Source: Octopus sinensis
Lineage: Eukaryota
Assembly: GCF_006345805.1 (NCBI RefSeq)
Contig: NC_043000.1
Location: 91,016,001-91,080,000, forward strand
Direction: 5' to 3'
DNA: 64,000 bases
Under the pieces are notes generated by a model. It was not told the DNA's origin and searched no databases. It saw only the letters and a list, made by a program, of their open reading frames with translations. A program made the position numbers and the translations under genes. This document shows, piece by piece, positions 1-10,539 of this stretch (position 1 is the first letter of the stretch; each line of letters begins with the position of its first letter).

Positions 1-503
1 ACTATTTCGTCGGATCAAGGTGTCACACAATGAGGCTGAAATCAGAACCATATACCTGGGATACAAGTTTCTTACCACACAGCCACATATAGACAAGTGT
101 GTGTATGGTCACTTTTTGAAAAAAGCATATATGACAGATTTATGGAGGCTTGGTCAAAGACGTTGGGGAGAGAACAAAAAGAAAGAGAGAAAAAGAGAAG
201 TGTTTTCCCTTCAAAAATCTCTCATATATACTTTGTGTAAGTATTCACAACAGACACATGCTTACACACACATACATACACACACATATACAAATACATA
301 AATCACAAAACATTCCTCTTTCCAAAACCCAAAGAAAGAAATTCAGTTCCAGATTCTTTTTTAACTGACTCACACATATATGAAAGGTATGATTTAAAAA
401 TAAGAATTCAATAGATGATGAATCCCTGGAAGGGTTGAAAGCGCTGAATGAACAGTTTGCATTAAAATCTATTTTCTTTATATGTGCACCACTTCAAACA
501 ATC

Positions 504-543
<40 letters not shown>

Positions 544-647
544 ATGTAATATACAAATAAATATCTGTAAATATAAAACCATCCACATTTCTGAGTACCT
601 CATTTCTTCTAATATAGAATACCTGTAAATCATCTCCAAACCTTCTA

Positions 648-686
<39 letters not shown>

Positions 687-696
687 ACACACACAC

Positions 697-747
<51 letters not shown>

Positions 748-749
<2 letters not shown>

Positions 750-2243
750 ACAAAAAAATCTATATTCTGGATATAGAGTTACCCAAAGTTTCGAACTGAC
801 AAAGCCAAAGCCTTGTGGACAGCTCGTTAGAGTCTATATAAAGACAAAATGTTAAAATTTCCACGTCGTCGACGTGGGGAAACGATCAGGAATCGAGGAA
901 TATGTCGACAAGAAAAAGGTTAATGAGGAAAAAAACAACAACAACTCTTATAGAACTGAAGAAATGTCATTTGGTTTGCTCCACCCTTCTCGTTGAACGT
1001 CAAGACTTGTGTGGGAAATATTTTCCTTAGATTGATAGACAAACATTTTACACACACATACAGGCATTTATTTAACAGACACAACCAAATGGTCTTTTTT
1101 ATTTGTGCACCTAACATAAAAATCATTTTAACAAGTACCCACAATACAAAGGAGGAGGCGGGCTGTTCTTGCGGGGTATATAATAACTGTTCAGTGGGAG
1201 GCCGATGCGAGACTGAATGGGGAATCTATGAGGCTACAGTGATACCTAGACTTGCTATCCGCATTAATAGTAACGTACCAACTGACAGCAAAATTAGCAG
1301 ATTAACCAGATCTTACGCCAGTACAATTGTCACGCCCAGAGATAATAAACAGCCCGGGACCAGCGCCACAGACAGCGTCACCGAAGACCCCGGTACCACC
1401 ACCACCACCATAGTTTATAAACAAACCATAGACAGAGATAGGGTGACCAGGCCCTCAATGTATGTTACCACCAGTACAATCGCCGCACCTAGAAATGATG
1501 ACCAATCTATGACCAGCGACATCGAGGAGGTATCAAGCGTTCCTAGTACCACCGCCAAAGATGATGACCAAATATTTATCTTCGACACCCATGGGAAGAC
1601 CGGCCCTGAACCATATGTTACCAGGGGTGCGAATATGGCCACATTCTATGTGTGTAAATATATTGGATCTGCCAGTATTTCTTTCAAGCGACGTTTTCTT
1701 AACCACCAGTCATCCTTCAGAGTCCTAGAAAGACGGTTTGTCACGTCCCTGGCCCACTATGTGTAGCACCTCAAAGATCAAAGGACCCCGTGTGATGTCA
1801 GGTGGAAATTAATTGATCATTCGGTCCCATATATTAATGGAAGTGGCCACTACAAGATCTGCATCGTGGAGCGAGCCAAAATTCTTAAATACTAAACGAA
1901 ACCTGGCGCGTTAAGTAGTAAAAAAGTGTTTTGTAAATGTGTCCACTTCAAGCGCTACATACAGGAAAACTGGATCTCCCTGTTTGCTGGTTAAGCCTCT
2001 TTGGGTCTATAAAGGTTTTTCTTTTTTCCTCTGGTTCAGAGGAGATAACCAGTCATCATTAGGTTTTTTTTTCTTTTGTTAAGACGTATTTCTCGATTTC
2101 TGAGCATTTCCTCACGTCCACAGCGTAGAAATTTTCAATTTTTGTCTTTATGTAGTCTGGCGAGCTGTTCACAAGGCTTTAGCTTTGTGGATGCGAAACC
2201 TTGGGTAATTTTACATCTATGTCCAAGATGTAAAATTTTGTTG
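748..2243 (+). mobile_element. Penelope-like retroelement 3' fragment (RT C-terminal region plus GIY-YIG endonuclease), degenerate, flanked by an inverted ~180 bp repeat
   Basis: The frame of ORF 993..1766 reads RNVIWFAPPFSLNVKTCVGNIFLRLIDKHF from nt 960 (WFNPP-type motif), then CSC..C...C, GIYEATV, YIGSASISFKRRFLNHQSSF, and after a TAG at 1764 HLKDQRTPCDVRWKLIDHSVPYINGSGHYKICIVERAKIL and CKCVH. These match recalled Penelope-clade motifs. In-frame stops at 957, 1764 and 1893. Confidence 0.88.
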
Positions 2244-2737
2244 TAACAATTATTGCTCTATACTCTAGAGTGTGTTTCTTTTCTGATATATATAAATATT
2301 TATCAAATATATATATATATACATATCTTAGATGTATATATATATGTGTGAGTGTGTGTGTTTGTGCATGTGTATGTGTGTGTGTGTGTGGGGGGGGTGT
2401 ATCTGTAACGTGTATGTGTCTAGCTATCTGCGTGCGTACTTGTATATAAACATATATTTCTACTATTAAATCTAATAAGTTTTTGGGATATAGATTTTTT
2501 ATATGCATTAATAATGACTTCATCACTGGTTATGTCGTCTCTATTAATCGCACAAATGTACTTCTTTTTCCAAAATAAACTGCGCTTCATATTCGAAGCT
2601 TTGATGAAGCTATAGAGTTTATTCAGGCACTTGACTATGAGTCAACAGCATCTAATAGCAGAAACAGCTTTAAGCTAAGGAAGTTCATAGTATAACCGTA
2701 TTTTTTTCTATCATCTCATTTTCTGATGTAGTATGTA

Positions 2738-2819
<82 letters not shown>

Positions 2820-2964
2820 ATATATATATGTATATATATATATATATATGTATATATTATATATCTATATATATATATATGTACGTATGTATGTATGTAT
2901 GTATATATGTATATATGTATGTGTGTGTGTGCGTGTGTGCATGTGTGTGTCTGTGTGTGTGAGT

Positions 2965-3279
2965 GGAGGCGCAACGGCCCAGAGGTTAGGGCTGCGGACT
3001 CGCGGTCGGAGGATCGCGGTTTCGATAACCAGACTGGGCGTTGTGTGTGATTATTGAGCAAAAATACCTAAATCTCCACGAGGCTCCGGCAGGTGGGGGG
3101 CGCGCTGGCGACCCCTGTTATACTCTTTCGCCCCAACTTTTTCTCACTCTTTCTTCCTGTTTCTTGAGTAACGCTGCGATGGACTGGCGTCCCGTCCAGC
3201 TGGATGGAACACATACGCCATAGAAACCGGGAAACCGGGCGCATGAGCCTGGCTAGGCTTGAAAAGGGTGCATAAATAA

Positions 3280-3284
<5 letters not shown>
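2965..3284 (+). mobile_element. tRNA-derived SINE, family C (Arg-like head)
   Basis: Head GGAGGCGCAACGGCCCAGAGGTTAGGGCTGCGGACTCGCGGTC with a degenerate B box; body shared with 10042 and 21192; A-rich tail. Confidence 0.85.
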
Positions 3285-3319
<35 letters not shown>

Positions 3320-3372
3320 ATTGGTGAATTGAAGAAATGGAGCTGAACGCAGATTGAACAGAAATCGTTTTA

Positions 3373-3460
3373 TTTCATTCTACACGTGTTTCGAAAGGCA
3401 CAATTACCAAAATCCGATTGAATAATGGGACCATTTGTGTCTTTCTCTTCAGGAAGAAAA
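3373..3460 (-). ncRNA. Type I hammerhead ribozyme motif (Penelope-type), left arm
   Basis: Minus strand: UUUUCUUC-CUGAAGA-GAAAGACACAA...UUGUGCCUUUC-GAAA-C-ACGU-GUA/GAAUGAAA. Stem II 10/11 bp; palindromic helix III loop. Confidence 0.8.
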
Positions 3461-4224
3461 TAGGAAATCCGTTGGAAGAAACAAAACAGAACAGAGCGGG
3501 AGCAAAACAAATCGAACTATGCTCCTAAGAGCCCATGGCAAAACTGTTATCAGTGTATGTGAGAACCGGTGGCTGAAGATTTACGGGTCAGGCATCGGTC
3601 AACCATGTGAGTGAGGGTGTGTGGGTGTTCTTTGTGACCGAGAATAAAGTTCTGACTATTTTAGGAATATTGGATGTTTTATAAGGGGCGAGAAAAAATC
3701 TACTTAGAGACTGTGGTGGTGTATACTGTTCTATATATGTGTGTGTTGGCGTAGGGTAGAAAACATTTTTTGTGTACGTGTGTGCGTTTGATCGTTCGGC
3801 GGTGTCAGTGGCTACTGCCGCGAGAACCGTTGGGTGGCAGAAAAAAAAATATATATATTACGGTTCTCGCGGCAGTAGCCACTGACAGCCAACGATCAAA
3901 CGCACACACGTACACAAAAAATGTTTTCTACCCCTACGCAACACACACATATATAGACAGTATACAACACACACGTCTCTAAGTAGATTTTTTCTCGCCC
4001 CTTATAAAACATCCAATATTCCTTAAATAGTCAGAACTTTATTCTCGGTCACAAAGAACACCCACCCACCCTCACTCACATGGTTGACCGATGCCTGACC
4101 CGTTAAATCTTCAGCCACCGGTTCTCAACATACACTGATAAACAGTTTCGCCATGGGCTCTTAGAGCATAGTCGATTTGTTTTTGCTCCGCCTGTTCTGT
4201 TTTTGTTTTTCAACTGATTTCCTA

Positions 4225-4313
4225 TTTTCTTCCTGAAGAGAAAGACACAATATGGTCCCATTATTCAATCGGATTTTGGTAATTTGTGCCTTCGAAACAC
4301 GTGTAGAATGAAA
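4225..4313 (+). ncRNA. Type I hammerhead ribozyme motif, right arm
   Basis: CTGAAGA 4233-4239, GAAA 4294-4297, C-ACGT-G helix III, GTA cleavage triplet ending 4305, stem I TTTTCTTC/GAATGAAA with one mismatch. Confidence 0.78.
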
Positions 4314-4980
4314 AAAACGATTTCTGTTCAATCTGCGTTCAGCTCCATTTCTTCAATTCACCAATAATGTTTAATTTCAATTATGCGCACCAACGCACGG
4401 TTGCAACACCATATGGTGTACCCAACCGTGCTGTTTTACTGCTGTGATTTTTGCTACTAAGGTATCGGTTAAACTTTTGATTAATCTACTACAAGATTAT
4501 TCATCTTCTATTTCACATAATATATATATATATATTATATATTATATATAATATATTATATATATAATATATATATATATTATATATATATATATACATT
4601 AATCATTTGTAGGTAATAAAACAAAGTTGAACTTGATGTTCGGGATTGTTCTACTGTAGGCGGTGAATTGAATCAACGGCAAGAAATTTATAAATGATGC
4701 GTATAAGATATGTACCTAAACATATGTATATACAGGCAGGAATGTATACACACCATACCCACATATCTACAAACAACCCCCACACACAGTCATACACATT
4801 ATGTGCGTGCGTGTCATGTAACTATAATGTCCTTTGGAGGGAAAAGAAATATCCGTCAGTCCACCAACCAATCTGTCATTGTCTCAATCCCTCACTTTTG
4901 TTTTTGTGTATATATGAGTGTATGCATATATAAATGTATTGATGGTATAATATATATTATATATATATATATATATTATA

Positions 4981-5049
<69 letters not shown>

Positions 5050-5581
5050 TATATATATGTATGTATGTATGTATATGTAGTATGTATGTATGTATGTATA
5101 TATTTGGTGTGTGGCATATAAACGCGTGCCTGGATGAACATATGTGTATATATATATAAATATATACAGCCATTCAGATTCTCTTTCGTTAGTAGTCAAT
5201 TTATTAAATTCAATTTTATTCATTTTTAAAGCCCTTCTTTACAAAATTTACAAAACTGTCACATCACATTACGACTAACATATCCTATTATAAATATTTA
5301 CTCTATTATTTCTTTTAAATCTCAAATATTCTCGAAGACAAATAAGGCTTAAAATATTACCTTTGTTTTAGTGTCTGTCAAATTTATTACCTTAATTGTT
5401 TGTTGGTATCATGTTTGTTTAGCTTCTCGCTATTTAGTATTTTTTTTTTAGTTTTTATTGTGTACTATTATTACTTTTATACACTTCTAAAATGTACTGA
5501 AGCTTTAGATATTGAGAGATAATCGTTGTGAAATATTTCATTATAATTTTAATGTGTTTGAGAATCATATGAAATATCTGT

Positions 5582-5668
<87 letters not shown>
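5582..5668. repeat. (ATCT)n microsatellite
   Basis: Visible tandem tetranucleotide. Confidence 0.95.
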
Positions 5669-5716
5669 GCTCTTAGAATTATGCGTGTAAGAGTATATAT
5701 ATATATATATATAATA

Positions 5717-5760
<44 letters not shown>

Positions 5761-5884
5761 CATCACAATCAAGGAACGGCCATAATAGGCTATTCACCCA
5801 CTAGAAATAACAGCCAAAAGCTTTAACCGCAAAATAATAACATCATTCCGTAAACCAGGAGAAAATTAAAAAACATTTACCCTG

Positions 5885-5991
5885 TAATTCTTATACGATG
5901 CACCGTTTCGTCTACTGTTTAATGGTAAACTAACCTGATTAAATTAAATCAGCCATCTACCATAGGCCCTTAGATTCATCAGTAAGAATTA
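5885..5991 (-). ncRNA. Type I hammerhead ribozyme motif with an extended stem II
   Basis: Minus strand: UAAUUCUUA-CUGAUGA-AUCUA[long hairpin]UAGAC-GAAA-CGGUGCAUCG-UA/UAAGAAUUA. Perfect 9 bp stem I. Confidence 0.85.
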
Positions 5992-6318
5992 GCCAAGTCG
6001 GAACAGATATTTTTCACGAGGCATTCCCGTCCCTGCCTCGGCAATATCTGACCTAAAATTTTCAAATCATCGCACTCGCGCCAAATTCTACAAAATTTTG
6101 TGCCACCCTATATTGATTAATTATATATTATATATATATATACATATCTATACATATAATTATCATATATGCACGTATAAATATATATATACATTTATGT
6201 ATATGTATTTATATATATATGTATATATGTGTATATATATATATATATATTATATATGTGTGTGTGTGTGTATCCATCCATCCATCCATCTATCCATCCA
6301 CATATGTTGTTTGTATGT

Positions 6319-6362
<44 letters not shown>

Positions 6363-6689
6363 TCACACACACACACATGTATTTGGATATTTGTCTCCAC
6401 AAAGACAGTAACAAAAGGACGAAGTCCATCATCTTTAAATGTAGTTACCACTTCATCTCGAGCCGAACATCGATCAACACATACTGAAAGTCGAATACCA
6501 ATACCAACCGAAATGCACAGATACGCGCACACGCATGCACACACGGACATTACGATGTTGATTTGCAATATTGTAGCTTGTATTAGTTTTCACTATTGCA
6601 CCAAGTATACACACACAACTATAACCATATTAACTACAATAATAACCGAAATGACAGCCGCCATCGTGCAAGTAACAACATGTCAATGA

Positions 6690-7108
6690 TAATAACAATC
6701 CTTTGTATTATAGGCACAAGGCCTGAAATTTTGAGGGAGGGGTTAGTTGATTTCATCAATTCCAATGCTTGACTGATACTTATTTTATCGACCCCAAAAG
6801 AATGAAAGAAAAGTCGACCTCGTCGGAATTTGAACTCAGAACGTAAAGACAGACGAAATGCCACTAAGCATTTTGCCTGTCGTGCTAACGGTTTTGCCAG
6901 CTCGTCACATTAATAATAATAATAATCCTTTCTACTAGGCTTGAAATTTATTTGTGGTTGGGGGTTGGGGTGAAATTAGTTGATCACATCAACCCCGAAA
7001 GGATTAAAGGCAAAGTTGACCTTGGCAGAATTTGGACTCAGAACGTAAAGACAGACGAAATAACGCTAAGCATTTCACCCGGCGTGCTAACGATTTTGCC
7101 AGCTCGCT
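6690..7108 (-). mobile_element. Two tandem copies of tRNA-derived SINE family A (6690-6908, 6920-7108)
   Basis: Reverse complement of GAGCTGGCAAAA(C/T)CGTTAGCACG...GTTCTGAGT(T/C)CAAATTC; (ATT)n tails. Confidence 0.9.
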
Positions 7109-7599
7109 ATCTTTAATTATGGTTAAAATAGTTGATGAAATGATTGAAGTGACTACGTTTCTTCTGTCTGGAAGATATTAACCGAGAACTTGAACGTTAG
7201 ACAAATAATTTCTAAATATATATCCATAGGCACAAGAGTGGCTGTGTGGTAGACTTATCTATCTCTGGATTGTTGGCCTTGTTTGTGACATAAAGATGAA
7301 ACAGGTAATAATAACCACTGCAGTATCCATATATATAATCAAAAACTATCATGGTTTTTGTTTTCCCATCAAGATTTCCCTTGCTTGGTTTTATTTTATT
7401 GTATATCGGTTCTCCTTGGACGGCTCCAAGCTACATTGTTTCTTTTTTTTTTCTGTTCTGAAAAGTGTCTATCTGGTAGTTCGCTTGAGCCTTTTCCCTC
7501 TTGGAGAGAGGAATTTATGAGTGATCCGTCTTGACCTGTCTCAAAGTGCGAAGTTCGTGATTCAGAAAAACCGGCTATTAAATATATGTATATATATAT

Positions 7600-7666
<67 letters not shown>

Positions 7667-7796
7667 TTATATTGTATAGAGGGCATTATTACACATAAAT
7701 GCCTCACACTAAGAGGGACATAAGTCATTACTACCAAAATTTCACTAATCGTACCTAATACAGTTCTTCAAAGCAAGACATTTAAAAAATGAATTT

Positions 7797-7862
7797 AGTT
7801 CTATATCACCTGTGATTTCACACCTAACGCATAAAAATACGTCTATGTTCATCAGTAGAACT
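7797..7862 (-). ncRNA. Type I hammerhead ribozyme motif, left arm
   Basis: Minus strand: AGUUCUA-CUGAUGA-ACAU...GUGU-GAAA-UCACAGGUGA-UA/UAGAACU. Perfect 7 bp stem I. Confidence 0.87.
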
Positions 7863-7975
7863 GATTCTGAACACATCATAAATAAACGACCAATATTACC
7901 TGGCGAAGTCGAACAGACATCTGCTCTCTCCGGCGAAGCACATGGAGATGTTTATAAATCATATATTCGGTAAAT

Positions 7976-8041
7976 GGTTCTACTGATGAACATAGACGTA
8001 TTTTTATGCGTTAAGTGTGAAATCACAGGTGATATAGAACT
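7976..8041 (+). ncRNA. Type I hammerhead ribozyme motif, right arm
   Basis: GGTTCTA 7976-7982, CTGATGA 7983-7989, GAAA 8019-8022, helix III TCAC..GTGA, cleavage triplet ATA ending 8034, TAGAACT 8035-8041. Confidence 0.87.
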
Positions 8042-8291
8042 AAATTCATTTTTTAAATGTCTTGCTTTGAAGAACTGCATTAGGTACGATTAGTGAAATT
8101 TTGGTAGTAATGACTTATGTCCCTCTTAGTGTGAGGCATTTATGTGTAATAATGCCCTCTATACAATATAAATAAATATGTTCAAAAGAAAAAAATTATT
8201 TTCGAATTTTTCTCTTATGAGGTTTTTCACGCTAACTACCTGATAATTTCTTGTTAAGATTCCTTATTAAGAGGTTATCCTTAATTGTTAA

Positions 8292-8337
<46 letters not shown>

Positions 8338-8364
8338 GCACACACACACATATATATATATATA

Positions 8365-8675
8365 TGGTCCCGATTTCAGTCCCACTGCGTGGCACCTTGA
8401 GCAAGTGTCTTCTACTATAACCTCCGGCCGACCATGACCTTGTAAGTGGATTTGGTAGACATATGTGTGTGTGGGTGTGTGTGTGTATGTTTCTCCTCCC
8501 ACCATCGCTTGACAACCGATGCTGGTGTGTTTCCGTCCCATTATCATAGCGGTTCGGCAAAAGAGACCAATAGAATAAGTACTAGACTTACAAATAATAA
8601 GTCCTGGGCTCGATTTGTTCCACTAAAGGTGGTACTGCAGCATGGTTGCTGCCAAATGACTGAAACAAATAAAAG
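8365..8675 (+). mobile_element. SINE family B (CORE-like GTGGCACCTTGRGCAAGTGTC domain), 5' truncated
   Basis: Shares GCGTGGCACCTTG..CAAGTGTCTTCTACTATA and CTTGACAACCGATGCTGGTGTG...GAAACAA with 18488 and others. Confidence 0.9.
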
Positions 8676-8687
8676 AATGATATATAT

Positions 8688-8725
<38 letters not shown>

Positions 8726-10041
8726 AAGAGAAAGAAAGAGAGATAGAGAGAGAGAGATGGTGAGCAGGGAAAGAGGAAGGGGAAAGAGAGGGAGAATGAA
8801 GGAACCGTGTGAACGCCACAAGACATTCTAAGCTTAGGCTCTGCTAATTTGTCGTCTTTTAGATGAGGCGCTACATTGTTAAGAATATTCTGTAGTCACG
8901 ATAACCAGAGACACGAATCCAAACCACATTAGGCATAATAGCAGTAACAGCTGCAACTAAAATTATTACCCAAACAAATACACTGAAACATAATTACCCA
9001 GACAAATATATTGAAACATAATCACAAATGTAACTATAGCCACCATGGTCGTCGATTGGTAGAGTTGTTAAAGCTTTGTGGTATTTGTTCCGGCTCATTA
9101 CGTTTAGAGTTCAAATCCCTGCTCAGGTATTGTTACTTTTCATGTTTCTGGAGTAGATGAAATAATGTACCAGTTTGGGGTGAGGGTTTAGTGGATTTAT
9201 TAAAGTGTTGATGAAAGTGCTTTGTGATATCTGTCCCGGCCTTTTACGTTTGGGGTTCAAATCTTGTGTTGAGAAACTTTGTGGTTCATGATTATGGAGT
9301 TGATAAAATGTAGTTGGAATCATGGGCGGTAGATTAAGGCATTTGTTATATTTGTAAGAGCGTCGAACAAAATGATTACTGGGATTTCTTCGGGCCCTTT
9401 ATGTTCTGAGTGTGTCTATGACTACAGTGGATCGAAGTCAAATTGGCCACGCTTGAATAACATATTTGATGTAAGTGCAAAAGATGGACACTGCTATAAA
9501 AAAAACCTTGCCCAAGATGCGTACTTTCCAGATGTAGCTACATGAGCAATCCTAAGCGAGAGAGGCCTCAGAAAACCCCAACTTTCACTCATAATCCTTC
9601 TCTCACATCTTTATCGGCAACCTTAATCAGGAACCGAACCCTTATCAGCAGAAATAAGCACAATAGTAATAAAATTAAAAAAATATAGTCACAATGACAC
9701 AAGAATATAAACCACGAACTCAAACACAACTCCGATATTCGTAACAATAGCAACTATAACTACTACTACGTAGATTACTACAACCGAAACTAAATCAAGA
9801 CTACAAGTAGCTGAAAAAACTTCAGCTATCGTATCTATGAAAATCACAAACAGAAAGAAGAGCGTGAGTGATAACTACAAAATCCAGAAACTATAATTAC
9901 GAAATCAACGTTAAGAAATGTAACTACAACTTTGATCATAACAAGAACTGCAACTGTAGCTACAAGAATAAACACAAGAAATGCGAGTATTAATATAGCC
10001 ACAAATACAATTAGGCTAATAAAGACAACCACACTAACAGT

Positions 10042-10215
10042 GGAGGCGCAATGACCCAGTCTTAAGAGCGCGGTTTCGATTCCCAGACCGGGCATTGTGA
10101 GTGTTGATTGAGCAAAAGCACCTAAGCTCCACGAGGCTCCGGCGGGGAGGGGTGGTGAACCCCGCTGTACTTTTTCACCACAACTTTCTCTCATTCTTTC
10201 TTCCTACTTCTTCCA
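10042..10215 (+). mobile_element. SINE family C, 3' truncated
   Basis: GGAGGCGCAATGACCCAGTCTTAAGAGCGCGGTTTCGATTCCCAGACCGGG; body matches 2965. Confidence 0.85.
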
Positions 10216-10539
10216 CAAAGCAGAGGAACCATGGTGAAACCCACTGTGGTGTGGTAAACTTTCAGACCGTAGTCTACATTGAGAATCCTCTGTACCCCAG
10301 GATGGTTCAGCTCTCCACCCGTTAAAAAGCCAACATTTACGGAATGAAGATAACAACATAGCTTTCGCGTCCGTGCAACCGCCAGTCTATCGCGTGTGGT
10401 GGGTGGATCTTAAAGTTGCCGCACGCATTCTTAGTAGCTTAGAGTAGGCTCGAATTAGAGATTATTGTTTGTTGCTAATGGCGTGAGTCCTGATTGGAAG
10501 AAGAAGACCACACTAGCAAACATTGTTGTGGCTATTTCA

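Larger units (their letters stand above)
3313..4372. repeat. Long inverted repeat: arms 3313-3830 and 3860-4372, 29 nt spacer
   Basis: Direct reverse-complement comparison; the arms differ mostly by 1-nt indels. Confidence 0.97.
7666..8172. repeat. Inverted repeat: 196 bp arms (7666-7861, 7977-8172), 115 nt spacer
   Basis: Arms match at 194/196 positions without gaps. Confidence 0.97.
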
